Positions 1 to 9,146 of a stretch of DNA of 64,000 nucleotides are shown here, piece by piece (within the stretch, counting starts at the first letter, position 1; each line of letters opens with the position of its first letter). The notes under the pieces were generated by a model. The model saw nothing but the letters and a program-made list of their open reading frames with translations. It had not been told where the DNA came from and did no database searches. Source of the DNA: an uncultured Helicobacteraceae bacterium (lineage in GTDB: Bacteria; Campylobacterota; Campylobacteria; Campylobacterales; Helicobacteraceae); assembly GCA_910578285.1 (NCBI GenBank), contig CAJTQL010000002.1:30951-94950 (forward strand), in the 5' to 3' direction. The position numbers and the translations under genes were made by a program.

Positions 1-999
1 AATTTTTATACTCGCAATACACATTGCTGCTAATGGAAAGCTGATTGCCCACCATGAAATTCGAAATGGACAACATTTTCTAATTTGAATAATTTGAGGC
101 AATAATGCTAACAATAAAAAGAAACCAAATAAAAAGAGGATATAGGGCATAGAATTAATTAAAAAAATATTAGAATCAACGCTCATCATAGATGCTTGCA
201 TAGAAATGAATACTGCATGCGTGCTCACGCCAGCGCCAAAGGGCGCAAGTAAAACAACCAAAGTGGGCATGAGTTTATCGGGGAGTTTGGCAAAAAAGAC
301 AATACGCGCAAAAATAAGTGTGTAAAGCACGATTGTAAAAGAAAAGCCCACAGCCATGCAAAATATGGTGATAAAAAAACCTAAGTCTGGCATTGTTTGA
401 ATTTGTGAAAAAAGGGGCAATGCAAGAGGCAAATCGAGCAAACCCACAACAGGAATAATCCACGCGGGCGTAATATGCGCGAGTTCAAATTTATGGCAAA
501 TCCAAAATTGAACAATATGCACGCTAAAAATAAACATTAATATAGCGCCAAAAATCCACACAGCAAAATTGATTGTTTCAGGGATTCCAACCCGCTGGAG
601 TGCAAAGGGTAACAGGAGTAAAGAAATGCAGATTGTAGCAAAGAAAGGACGCGTTACTGGTGAAAGAAATTCTTGTTGGCAGCTCTCAAAATCTGTTATG
701 GTTTTTAGGCTATATGTTACGCCCAATGCCACAAAAGCCGCAATGGCAAAGGCAGCAAAAATGAGCGACAGCATATCAGCAAAGGGCGCAAAAGAAGACG
801 GGACAATGCAGGTCGTATTTTGTTGCGGCTCTGTGGCACAAAGCAAGCTTAGTTGCGCCATTGCATGCCATGCAGCGCACATTGCACTTAGTCCCATACA
901 CGCGCCAAAAAAACTCACGGGCAAATAGCCCAAAATGCCCTTTCTATCGCGAGATTCTTGCTTCTCTATATTTCCTTGAATGACTTGTTCTTGTAGCAT
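1..999 (-). CDS. TDT/TehA (SLAC1-like) family anion or C4-dicarboxylate transporter; 3' end runs off the window
   Basis: Reverse frame is open from the ATG at 999 to position 1. It is absent from the ORF track because no stop lies inside the window. Translation MLQEQVIQGNIEKQESRDRKGILGYLPVSFFGACMGLSAMCAAWHAM... is polytopic and contains ITPAWIIPVVG, as in TehA/Mae1-type transporters. Confidence 0.55.
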   Translation of the reverse strand, partial: MLQEQVIQGNIEKQESRDRKGILGYLPVSFFGACMGLSAMCAAWHAMAQLSLLCATEPQQNTTCIVPSSFAPFADMLSLIFAAFAIAAFVALGVTYSLKTITDFESCQQEFLSPVTRPFFATICISLLLLPFALQRVGIPETINFAVWIFGAILMFIFSVHIVQFWICHKFELAHITPAWIIPVVGLLDLPLALPLFSQIQTMPDLGFFITIFCMAVGFSFTIVLYTLIFARIVFFAKLPDKLMPTLVVLLAPFGAGVSTHAVFISMQASMMSVDSNIFLINSMPYILFLFGFFLLLALLPQIIQIRKCCPFRISWWAISFPLAAMCIASIKI

Positions 1000-1100
1000 T
1001 AGGATTCCTTTGATTCCTAAGTTTAGATACTATGTGTCGTTTTTCTCAACAACTATTATAATGCAAATCGTTAAATATAGTATAAATATTAGATAAATAT

Positions 1101-2567
1101 TTACCTTATTTGTCGTTTCAGTAGAACCCAAACAGCAAAGCTTAAGAGAAGACTTAGGATTCCTAAGATTCCAATGACAATGAAAAACGTTTGGAGATAC
1201 AAATGCAAAGCCTCACTTTGTAACTCAAGATTCTCAATCAAGCCTAGATTTCCACTTGCAATGATAGAAACATAAGAATGCAGAGAACTGCTACTGTTTG
1301 CAGCGATGAATGCTTGCATAAGAGCGCCATAGAGTGCAACACCCAAAGCTTCAGAACCTAACCGAAATGAGTTAAGTACACCTGCTGCAAATCCAGATTT
1401 TTCTATATCAACACTGCTTAGCGCGAGCCTATCGATTGCCCCTGCATGCAACCCCATACCACAACCAATGATAAAAAGCGCTGATAGAATCGATAGAATT
1501 TGTATCATGCCACTTAAAAAATATAAAACAATTAAAAGCAAAAATAATCCCAAACTCATCATCAAAGATACAATTAACGCAAAAAGTTTAGGGTTCATTT
1601 CTTTGTTTAAAAACCTTGTTGCTAGGATTGGACAAAAGAGCATAGGTGCAGTGAGCGCAAGCATAAAAACTCCAGTCCATGAAGCAGATAAGCCAAACAC
1701 AGCAGAAAGAAAAACTGGAAAGTATGTGAGTAAAACCACAAAACTAAAACCAGCAATCATTGTAACGAGCGTGAAGCCAACAAAAGTTGGATTATTCAAA
1801 ACCGCAATATCTAAAAATGGCATTTTATCATGATGATAACGTCTTCTTTGATGTTGCACAAAAACAACACCTATTATAACATAAAAAACAAAAAACGTGA
1901 GCATGGAAACTTGATGATAATCATTGAGATTTATAATAAAAAACATCAAGCTTGATATGAGTATAAGAAATAAAATCGCACCGATAATATCAAAATGAAA
2001 AGCTTGTTGTTTCTGTTGATATTGAGGCAATAAACATACGAGCACAAAAACAAGAGCAAGGATTAAAAAATGAAATATAAAAATTGCTTGATAAGAGAAG
2101 ATATCAACCAAAAAACCACTCATTGTGGGTCCAAGCGTGATTCCGAGCCCAGCTGTTGTACCAAAAGCTGCAAATACTTTGGCATGGTCTTTCGCGCTAA
2201 AAGCATGCATTAACAGCGTGCTACCGCACGCAAAAACGCTTGCCCCGCCAATGCCCGCACACGCGCGAGCAATATCGAGCCACAAAAGCGTGGGCGCAAA
2301 GGCAGAAAGCAACGAGGCGATGAGATAGAGCGTCACGCCTGTAAGCAAACAATGTTTTGCACCCCATTTATCGCTGATTGCGCCCCAAATCAATGTAAAG
2401 CACGCAAAAAAGAGGTTGAAACTATTTACGACCCATTGCAGCAGCACGGAATCGCTCCCAAGTTTTTGAGCGATATAGGGCAGGGCAATGGCTGTGCCAG
2501 AAATCGAACTTGGCACGACAAACACAGCACTAAACACAGCACTGCAAAGAACGAGCTTTTGAGACAT
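1101..2567 (-). CDS. MFS efflux transporter, DHA2 (EmrB/QacA-like, 14-TM type)
   Basis: 488-aa highly hydrophobic ORF. It has an MFS motif-A-like GAISDKWGAKHCLL after TM2, and its length fits the 14-TM drug:H+ antiporter class. Confidence 0.85.
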   Translation of the reverse strand: MSQKLVLCSAVFSAVFVVPSSISGTAIALPYIAQKLGSDSVLLQWVVNSFNLFFACFTLIWGAISDKWGAKHCLLTGVTLYLIASLLSAFAPTLLWLDIARACAGIGGASVFACGSTLLMHAFSAKDHAKVFAAFGTTAGLGITLGPTMSGFLVDIFSYQAIFIFHFLILALVFVLVCLLPQYQQKQQAFHFDIIGAILFLILISSLMFFIINLNDYHQVSMLTFFVFYVIIGVVFVQHQRRRYHHDKMPFLDIAVLNNPTFVGFTLVTMIAGFSFVVLLTYFPVFLSAVFGLSASWTGVFMLALTAPMLFCPILATRFLNKEMNPKLFALIVSLMMSLGLFLLLIVLYFLSGMIQILSILSALFIIGCGMGLHAGAIDRLALSSVDIEKSGFAAGVLNSFRLGSEALGVALYGALMQAFIAANSSSSLHSYVSIIASGNLGLIENLELQSEALHLYLQTFFIVIGILGILSLLLSFAVWVLLKRQIR

Positions 2568-2593
2568 TGTAACTCCTTTGATTCTGTGAATAG

Positions 2594-2660
2594 CTTGTTA
2601 TAATGTAATATATTATACTATAACAAGAATGTAGCAAGTGTAGCAAATTTTTGTTATAAT
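2594..2660. promoter_or_regulatory. Divergent MFS/Rrf2 control region with an inverted repeat and two extended -10 boxes
   Basis: Inverted repeat CTTGTTATA (2594-2602) / TATAACAAG (2619-2627). TGTTATAAT (TGnTATAAT type) occurs twice on the + strand (2597-2605 and about 2652-2660), the second about 52 bp upstream of the Rrf2 ATG. Confidence 0.35.
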
Positions 2661-2711
2661 GTCAAGTGTAACAACGGAGCAATGATTATAAATATTAAAT
2701 GAAGGAATACC

Positions 2712-3188
2712 ATGCAAATCCCCACACGTTTTAGCATTGCAGTCCATATTTGCCTATGTTTAGAATTTTTTGATGCAGATTCAGAAACGAATCATGATTG
2801 CGACAAAGTGCATTGCAAAAAAATGACAAGCGAGGTTTTGGCAGATTCTGTGGGCGTGAATAGCGTTATTGTCCGCAATATCCTTGCCCAGCTTAAAATG
2901 GCAAATATCGTGAGTGTATCACGTGGAAGTGGCGGGAGCAAACTCGCGAAGAATCCGCAAAAGATTAGTTTGCTTGATATTTTCAATGCGGTCGATTCGA
3001 TGGGCGAGGATGGGCTTTTTCGATTCCATACAAACTCTAGCAAACTTTGCCCTTTGGGCAAAAATATCCATTTTCTTTTAGATACCCATTTTGAACAAGC
3101 CCAAAAAGCCTTGGAAAGCTATCTTGAAAATATTAAATTGATTGATTTGCTCAAAATTTTGCAAAATTCAAATAAGAGATTCGCTTGA
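2712..3188 (+). CDS. Rrf2/BadM family transcriptional regulator
   Basis: 158 aa. The N-terminal MQIPTRFSIAVHICLCL... and the wHTH segment MTSEVLADSVGVNSVIVRNILAQLKMANIVSVSRGSGG are typical of Rrf2. It is divergent from the MFS pump. Confidence 0.8.
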   Translation: MQIPTRFSIAVHICLCLEFFDADSETNHDCDKVHCKKMTSEVLADSVGVNSVIVRNILAQLKMANIVSVSRGSGGSKLAKNPQKISLLDIFNAVDSMGEDGLFRFHTNSSKLCPLGKNIHFLLDTHFEQAQKALESYLENIKLIDLLKILQNSNKRFA

Positions 3189-3628
3189 TTCTCGCACAGG
3201 AATGCAGAGAATTGTTTTGAGTTTTTGTGGAGCAATTTTGTTGCGATTGCCCAAATAAATTTCAATTACATGCCCATTCAAAGATTTCTTGAATGATAAA
3301 GTTCTGCTTGGGCAATCATTGCCTGCCATTGAAAATTATCTTTGTCTTTAAAATCTCCGTTACCCCACCATAGCGATTCTAGAGGAGGTACGACATAATC
3401 AAAATGCCCCTGAATGTTTTTGCTCTTGTCCATTTTTATGGCGTATGAAAGGGCATATAAAACCTTCAAAGCCTCTTGGTATGCACCGCCGCTATCGTTT
3501 GGGTTGCCTTCTCCCCGCACGGCAATAAACGACATCTTGGGCACAAACACACGCTCGGGAGTTTGTTTTGGTGTGTATAGTTCTTTAAAGGCTTTTTTAA
3601 AATCAAATTTTTGCATTGTTGGGCTCAT
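3168..3628 (-). pseudogene. GyrI-like (SbmC/AraC effector-binding fold) small-molecule-binding protein, internally deleted or frameshifted
   Basis: ORF 3278..3628 (MSPTMQKFDFKKAFKELYTPK...GEGNPNDSGGAYQEALKVLYALSY...PPLESLWWG) stops early at ...AELYHSRNL*. The expected C-terminus (GHVIEIYLGNRNKIAPQKLKTILCIPVRE) is readable in another frame at 3168-3275, and the middle of the domain is missing. Confidence 0.55.
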
Positions 3629-4088
3629 TCTTTTTCCTTTTAGTGAATTTTTCCTTTGCAAATTCATAAGATTCTCGTATCATGATTTTAAATTCTCCAA
3701 AAGTTGTATTAGAGGGATTTAAGACACATACCCAACCCATCCACGCATAGACAGGGTGAGGGATAATGGTATCTAAAATGGTAAAGTCATAATCCATTTT
3801 TACAATATTTCCGGCAGATGGACGTTCGGGGATATGCCCAAAACGTTCAATAAAAGTCTGCTTTCTTAGCCCAACATTGACACGATAGACATTATCACGA
3901 TTCAGCAAAGAAGCTTTATCATTGTCGCCATCTTTTTCTTTGATAGTCAAAACATAGACGCCTCGCTTCAAAACGCCGTTTGGATTATAGAAAATACCTT
4001 TTTCGCCCCAACTCTCCACTAGCGTAGTATCCCTTAAATTAGATAGACAATAAGAAAGAATATCATTAGTCGTCATTGCTTCTTTCAT
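3603..4088 (-). CDS. DUF6194-like protein
   Basis: Start taken at MKEAMTTND (ATG 4088), directly after the upstream stop. The motif block FYNPNGVLKRGVYVLTIKEKDGDNDKASLLNRDNVYRVNVG...HPVYAWMGWVCVLNP matches my recollection of DUF6194. Confidence 0.5.
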   Translation of the reverse strand: MKEAMTTNDILSYCLSNLRDTTLVESWGEKGIFYNPNGVLKRGVYVLTIKEKDGDNDKASLLNRDNVYRVNVGLRKQTFIERFGHIPERPSAGNIVKMDYDFTILDTIIPHPVYAWMGWVCVLNPSNTTFGEFKIMIRESYEFAKEKFTKRKKNEPNNAKI

Positions 4089-4089
4089 T

Positions 4090-4461
4090 TTATGATTCTT
4101 CTCCTTTACGCTTGCCTTTTGCTTTTTTGGGTTGAGGAGTAGGCAAAACTGGAGCAAGAGCAAGAACGACATCTCGCAGAGTTTGTGGCGAATCCACGTC
4201 AAGAATGTAGGATTCTTTAGCGCTGGGATAAGGGAAGCCTTTGGGCGTAGATTTTAAAAGTGTCGCTAGAATCGTATGTTGCTTGACATAGAGCGTCTCA
4301 TCGCAAAGCAAAAAAATCGGCTTTGGCACGGCGCAGGAATCGGACACATAGATACAATACTCGCCAAACATTTTCTTGGCACTGAAACGATATGGCTCGC
4401 CTTGCAACGCGCTATCGAGCGTCTCGAGCACAAAATCCTTGAAGCTTTCACTAGTCGCCAT
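4090..4461 (-). CDS. TfoX/Sxy N-terminal-domain protein
   Basis: 123 aa. FKDFVLETL...KKMFGEYCIYV...LCDETLYVK is typical of the TfoX_N fold. It has a lysine-rich tail. Confidence 0.55.
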   Translation of the reverse strand: MATSESFKDFVLETLDSALQGEPYRFSAKKMFGEYCIYVSDSCAVPKPIFLLCDETLYVKQHTILATLLKSTPKGFPYPSAKESYILDVDSPQTLRDVVLALAPVLPTPQPKKAKGKRKGEES

Positions 4462-4541
4462 GTCTTATGTCCCCGTCCTAATGGAATGTGATATGATAGC
4501 ACAAAAAACGCATTAAAAAATAAATTTATGCGCTGCTCCTA

Positions 4542-4880
4542 TCATTTCTTTGCCTTTAAATATTTTTTAATTAGCTTTATCGCCCAATCATAATGGCTTG
4601 AAGTCGCGCTCACGCAATAGTTTCCGAGACTCGTTGTACCACACCATGGATAATGCTTTTTGATAAAAAGTTCCTTATCTGGTAAGTGTTGTATCATCTC
4701 CATACAAGCGGCATGGCTCTTGTGCAACATAGATTTTGCCTCACTCAAGGGCGTATTTTGGTGCTTTTGCCATAGCTCTTGATTCATTTTTGGATAGGTT
4801 TTGAAATTATAGGGTGCGGGCAAAAAGGGCACGAAAGCATTGGTTTTGCTAAGATTTGTTTGCACAAAAAGAATTTGCAA
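4542..4880 (-). pseudogene. ClbS/DfsB (DUF1706) family four-helix-bundle protein, N-terminally truncated
   Basis: Only about the C-terminal 100 aa is present (…NQELWQKHQNTPLSEAKSMLHKSHAACMEMIQHLPDKELF…WCGTTSLGNYCVSATSSHYDWAIKLIKKY), against about 170 aa for the family. The 5' end abuts the ATPase/TOPRIM cassette. Confidence 0.45.
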
Positions 4881-4918
4881 TTTTTATTGGGGCGAATTGT
4901 TGTAGCTATTTTGCTGCT

Positions 4919-5440
4919 TTACTCATTCTTTAGCCCCAAAAGAAAATCTTTTAATGGTTCTAAAAATTTATGTTCAATATCAAAACATTTTTCAAAATCT
5001 TCCGCCTTCATTTCTTTAGGGTTACATTGTAGAATTTCCTTATACGAAAAAAGTTTTCTTTTAGAATCTGGTGGTTCATACCCCAATCTATTTATGCATT
5101 CTATAAAAGAATTAAAACACTGAATAATATTTTGATGACGTACAATCTTTTCTAAAATTGTTTCAAGGTTTCCACAATCTTGATTATTTGGGAACAAAAA
5201 TATTTTTACTTCGTTGAATTTCTCTTTAATAATATTATTAAAACTTTCTTCAAAATTGTCATCGCAATCAAAAATAATGGCAACTCTATGATGATTGTAT
5301 TCCTCTATTTTTTCACGCACTAAATCAAAATTTTTGTTGCCACCTACTTCTTCAATTTTATATCCTAGCTTTAATTTTTGAGTATAAAATTTTAAAAATT
5401 CTTTATCCTCTTTTCCTTCAACAATCAGCAGTATCTCCAT
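4919..5440 (-). CDS. Small TOPRIM-like protein (DUF3226/DUF4435/DUF4276-type), partner of the upstream ATPase
   Basis: 173 aa. It has N-terminal LLIVEGKEDKEFL (conserved Glu-Gly) and VAIIFDCDDNFEE (DxD), then LFPNNQDCGNLETILE. Its start overlaps the ATPase stop by 1 nt. The gene is very AT-rich. Confidence 0.6.
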   Translation of the reverse strand: MEILLIVEGKEDKEFLKFYTQKLKLGYKIEEVGGNKNFDLVREKIEEYNHHRVAIIFDCDDNFEESFNNIIKEKFNEVKIFLFPNNQDCGNLETILEKIVRHQNIIQCFNSFIECINRLGYEPPDSKRKLFSYKEILQCNPKEMKAEDFEKCFDIEHKFLEPLKDFLLGLKNE

Positions 5441-6456
5441 TATCGCACCTCGATTCCTTCTGCCAACATTTCTTGTACTATATCAACAGAACGCACAAAT
5501 ACTTTAATTTTTTGATCTTGATTCCTTATGAACTTTAACAATGTAAATTCATTACGTAAGGCTTGTGATTCGGAAAGTAAGATATTAATATTTTCTAATA
5601 CTTCTTTGCTGTGTGTTGTAATAAATAATTGAAATTGCTTTTGCCTTGATATTTCAAATAAAGATTGCAATAGTGCCTTAAGTCGTTTATGATAAATGCC
5701 ATTTTCGATTTCATCGATAAAAATACACTTTATATTTTCATCTAACACAGCTGTGACGATATTGAAATATCGCTCAAAACCTTTTCCTAATAGCTTTATA
5801 TCTAATTTTTCTTTAATATTTCTAACTTTTACATGTGGTGCTTCAGGTAGCAATGCAATATCTTCAATGTTGGGGTCAATAATTTGTAATAATTTGACTA
5901 ACTCTTTTTCTTTAGAGTTCTTAATGATTATTGAAAGATTCTCTAAAAATACATTCACAACATCTGCAGGCAGAAAACATCCAACACCAAGAGGTTGGAG
6001 AGGTTGAAAGTGTTCCGAAAAAATATTTCCATTAAGATAATCAAAAAAATATCTTTTCTGCTTTGGGTCTAATAAGTTTTTATAACAAAAGATTTTTTCA
6101 TTTAAATTGATATTTTGGCGAATTATGCCATACTCTTTTTGAAGTTCGTTTTCGCTCTCCAAAGAGATTTCAAAATCATAAGCTTGTTTAGCATATTGAA
6201 ACTCAAAACGTATGGGTTTTTCATAAAAGTTATGAAAAATATTTCCTACATTCATGGAGTTTAAGGGTATTTTGCGTAAATCATAGATATTTTTTAAAAT
6301 CGCCGGATTAAAGGGAGAAAGGGCAATAAATAGGGCTTCCAAAAGTGTTGTTTTTGCCGTATTATTATCGCCCACAATCACATTGATACGACTAAATGAA
6401 TCAATAGAACAATCTTGTAGTGCTCTAAAATTGTGAATATGAATTTTTTCGAACAT
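5440..6456 (-). CDS. ABC/OLD-type (AAA_15/AAA_21-like) ATPase
   Basis: 338 aa. N-terminal MFEKIHIHNFRALQD...INVIVGDNNTAKTTLLEAL is a Walker A with Ala in place of the second Gly. Walker B is CIFIDEIENGIYH, followed by FITTHS (H-loop). Confidence 0.7.
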   Translation of the reverse strand: MFEKIHIHNFRALQDCSIDSFSRINVIVGDNNTAKTTLLEALFIALSPFNPAILKNIYDLRKIPLNSMNVGNIFHNFYEKPIRFEFQYAKQAYDFEISLESENELQKEYGIIRQNINLNEKIFCYKNLLDPKQKRYFFDYLNGNIFSEHFQPLQPLGVGCFLPADVVNVFLENLSIIIKNSKEKELVKLLQIIDPNIEDIALLPEAPHVKVRNIKEKLDIKLLGKGFERYFNIVTAVLDENIKCIFIDEIENGIYHKRLKALLQSLFEISRQKQFQLFITTHSKEVLENINILLSESQALRNEFTLLKFIRNQDQKIKVFVRSVDIVQEMLAEGIEVR

Positions 6457-6507
6457 AATGTGGTATCCTTATTGAGTCCTATAATGCTTTATTGATGCGC
6501 AGCATCC

Positions 6508-6540
6508 AACAAGTCTTTACCATAGCGATAAAGACTTGTT
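6508..6540. terminator. 12-bp stem hairpin downstream of icd
   Basis: AACAAGTCTTTA (6508-6519), 9-nt loop, TAAAGACTTGTT (6529-6540), lying 37 nt past the icd stop. There is no clear U-run on the icd strand. Confidence 0.35.
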
Positions 6541-6576
6541 AAAATACAATAACAATGACACTATTGCAGGCCGCTT

Positions 6577-8781
6577 CTACCCCGCAATCTTACCAAGAAT
6601 CGCGTTAAAAGTCGTGCTTGGGCGCATGATTTTTTCGGTTTTGGGGTCATCAAACTTATAATATCCGCCCAAATCAACCTTCACGCCCTGCGCGTCCAAA
6701 AATTCCTTGTGAATCTTTGCCTCGTTGTCGGCAAGCTCTTTGGCAATCGGCGCGAAAAATCCAGCAATTGCAGAATCATCGTCCTGCGCGGCGAGCGCCT
6801 GTGCGAAATACATTGCGAGATAAAAATGGCTTGTGCGGTTGTCGTCCTCGCCAACCTTGCGTGAAGGCGCTTTGTTTGCTTCGAGCCATTTGCCAATCGC
6901 ACCATCGAGCGCGCTCGCGAGCACTTTTGCTTTGTTGTTGTTTTTCTTTTGTGCATAAAATTCGAGGCTTGCTTGCAATGCGAGAAATTCGCCCAAGCTG
7001 TCCCAACGCAAATGGTTCTCATTCACGAGTTGTTCGACTTGTTTGGGTGCGCTTCCGCCAGCACCTGTCTCGAACATCGCCCCGCCATTTAACATAGGCA
7101 CGACTGATAGCATCTTCGCACTTGTGCCGAGCTCAAGAATTGGGAAAAGATCGGTGAGATAGTCGCGCAACACATTCCCGGTGATAGAAATCACGTCTTT
7201 GCCCTCGCGAATGAGCTTGAGCGAGAGTTGGCAAGCCTCTTTGGGGGCGAGAATCTCCATGTCTTTGCCCTTTTCTTTCAATCGCGCACGCACCAAATCA
7301 ATCATAATCTTGTTACTCGCGCGCTTAGAATCAAGCCAGAAAATCGCCTTGCTGCCTGTGAGCTCGGCGCGTTCAATACCTAGATCAATCCAATTTTGCA
7401 CCGCGTCAAACTTCGCTTGGTTGGCGCGATAAATGTCATTTTGATGTACCTTGTGTGAAAGCAAAACCTTACCGCTTTCATCGACAATGCGAAACTCGCC
7501 ATCGCTTGGCGCAAAAAATGTTTTGTCATGTGAGCCATATTCTTGCGCCTTGCGTGCCATAAGCCCGACATTCGCCACGCTGCCGAGTGTCGCGGGGTTG
7601 AGCGCGCCGTTTTGCTTCATGTCGTCCAAGACGGCTTCGTAGATTGTCGCATACGTTTTGTCGGGAATCACGGCGTTGGTGTCGCATTCTTTGCCGTCTT
7701 TGTCCCACAACCGCGCGCCGTTTTTGAGCATTGCGGGCATAGACGCATCGACAATCACATCGCTAGGGACATGCAAATTGGTGATTCCTTTGTCGGAATT
7801 AACCATCGAAATCTTGGCGCTTTTGTTTAGAATCTCTTGATATTTCGCGAGAATCTCGGATTTTTTGGGGCTTTGTTCAATCTTGCTAAGCAGCTCTGAA
7901 ACGCCGTTGTTGGGATTGATGCCGAGTTTTTGCAGCTCGTCTGCGAAAGTGTCGAAGAGTTCTTTGAAATAGGTTTTGACAGCATAGCCGAAAATCACGG
8001 GATCACTGACTTTCATCATCGTTGCCTTGAGGTGGAGCGAAAACAGGATATTCTCTTTTTTGCAAAGCGCAATTTGCTCATCATAGAATCGGCAAAGCGC
8101 GGCGACATCGAGAAATGTTGCATCAAGAATCTCATTTTTTTCAAGCTTGAGCCCGTCTTTGCAGACATTCACCTTGCCATTGTTATCGACAAATTCAATC
8201 CGCGCTGTGGTGGGCGATTCGAGCAATATCGCTTTTTCATTCTCAAAGAAATCACCAGCTCCCATATACGAAACGCATGATTTAGATGCTTTGTCAAAAG
8301 CCGCAACGCGATAGGGATTTTTCTTGGCATATTCTTTAACGGCTTTTGTGCAGCGGCGGTCGGAGTTGCCCTCGCGAAGCACAGGATTCACGGCAGAACC
8401 AAGCACTTTTTGGTATTTTGCCTTAATCGCCTTTTGCTCGTCATTTTGGGGCTCGTCAGGAAACTCGGGCAACGCATAGCCTTTTGCTTGCAATTCTTTG
8501 ATGGTGGCTTTGAGTTGTGGAATTGAAGCGGAGATGTTGGGTGTTTTGATGAGATTTGCCTCGGGGCGCTTGACAAGCTCACCAAGCTGGGCGAGTGAAT
8601 CTTGTACACGTTGCTCGGGCTTGAGAATCTCGGGAAATTGCGCAATCACGCGGGCAGAGAGCGAAATATCAGATGTGGCGACTTCGACATTTGCATGCTT
8701 CAAAAAGGCTTGGACAATCGGCAAAAACGAATAAGTCGCAAGCGCTGGGGATTCATCAGTGAGAGTATAGGTGATTTTCAT
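6577..8781 (-). CDS. icd: Isocitrate dehydrogenase (NADP), monomeric type
   Basis: 734 aa, the size class of monomeric IDH. The N-terminus [23 protein letters not shown] is typical. Confidence 0.93.
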   Translation of the reverse strand: MKITYTLTDESPALATYSFLPIVQAFLKHANVEVATSDISLSARVIAQFPEILKPEQRVQDSLAQLGELVKRPEANLIKTPNISASIPQLKATIKELQAKGYALPEFPDEPQNDEQKAIKAKYQKVLGSAVNPVLREGNSDRRCTKAVKEYAKKNPYRVAAFDKASKSCVSYMGAGDFFENEKAILLESPTTARIEFVDNNGKVNVCKDGLKLEKNEILDATFLDVAALCRFYDEQIALCKKENILFSLHLKATMMKVSDPVIFGYAVKTYFKELFDTFADELQKLGINPNNGVSELLSKIEQSPKKSEILAKYQEILNKSAKISMVNSDKGITNLHVPSDVIVDASMPAMLKNGARLWDKDGKECDTNAVIPDKTYATIYEAVLDDMKQNGALNPATLGSVANVGLMARKAQEYGSHDKTFFAPSDGEFRIVDESGKVLLSHKVHQNDIYRANQAKFDAVQNWIDLGIERAELTGSKAIFWLDSKRASNKIMIDLVRARLKEKGKDMEILAPKEACQLSLKLIREGKDVISITGNVLRDYLTDLFPILELGTSAKMLSVVPMLNGGAMFETGAGGSAPKQVEQLVNENHLRWDSLGEFLALQASLEFYAQKKNNNKAKVLASALDGAIGKWLEANKAPSRKVGEDDNRTSHFYLAMYFAQALAAQDDDSAIAGFFAPIAKELADNEAKIHKEFLDAQGVKVDLGGYYKFDDPKTEKIMRPSTTFNAILGKIAG

Positions 8782-8812
8782 AAACGTTCCTTTGGGTTGG
8801 TATGTGTTGCAT

Positions 8813-8821
8813 ATTATAGCA
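8813..8821 (-). promoter_or_regulatory. Extended -10 (TGCTATAAT) for icd
   Basis: The reverse complement of 8813-8821 is TGCTATAAT, about 32 nt upstream of the icd ATG. Confidence 0.45.
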
Positions 8822-8979
8822 AAATTCCTTTATCCTTCATTTTTATGTGAACTTGTGAAAAAATCTTGTATAATGCAGCCGCTCTAATGGAAAGAGAATC
8901 TTGCCAGTCGTTGGGTTTGGCATTCTTTTCTTTCGTTCCTCTGTGCCGCTTTGGGGCTTCCCTTTCCCTTAGAGTGTGC

Positions 8980-8990
8980 GGGGGGGGGGG
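8980..8990 (+). repeat. Homopolymeric G11 tract (intergenic, icd/fliI)
   Basis: GTGC-G11-CGGAAT read directly. It lies about 200 bp upstream of the icd start and 157 bp downstream of the fliI stop. Confidence 0.95.
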
Positions 8991-9146
8991 CGGAATTGCA
9001 GTAGAAGTGGGTGCCAAAAACTCTATCGTCTCCGTTTGGTTTGTGGTTTTTGGCAACTGCTGTTTCGCGCGTTTTGTTTCGTTTAGTAACAAACTATCCA
9101 TTTGTTTGGAATTGCCTTGATTCTGCGCGCGTTTTAGATACGTTGA

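Noticed and set aside
6681-8734. Numerous 60-126-aa ORFs on both strands inside icd (e.g. 6717..7097 +, 6681..7022 -, 7930..8280 +).
   Set aside because: All are nested within the 734-aa icd frame. Their translations are Arg/Ser/Cys-rich and low-complexity, typical of shadow ORFs in a relatively GC-rich gene.
8814-9120. ORFs 8814..9101 (-) and 8866..9120 (+) crossing the intergenic G11 tract, considered as phase-variable protein genes.
   Set aside because: There are no RBS, motifs or plausible protein features. The - strand ORF would overlap the icd promoter. I kept this only as a possibility within the finding on the tract.
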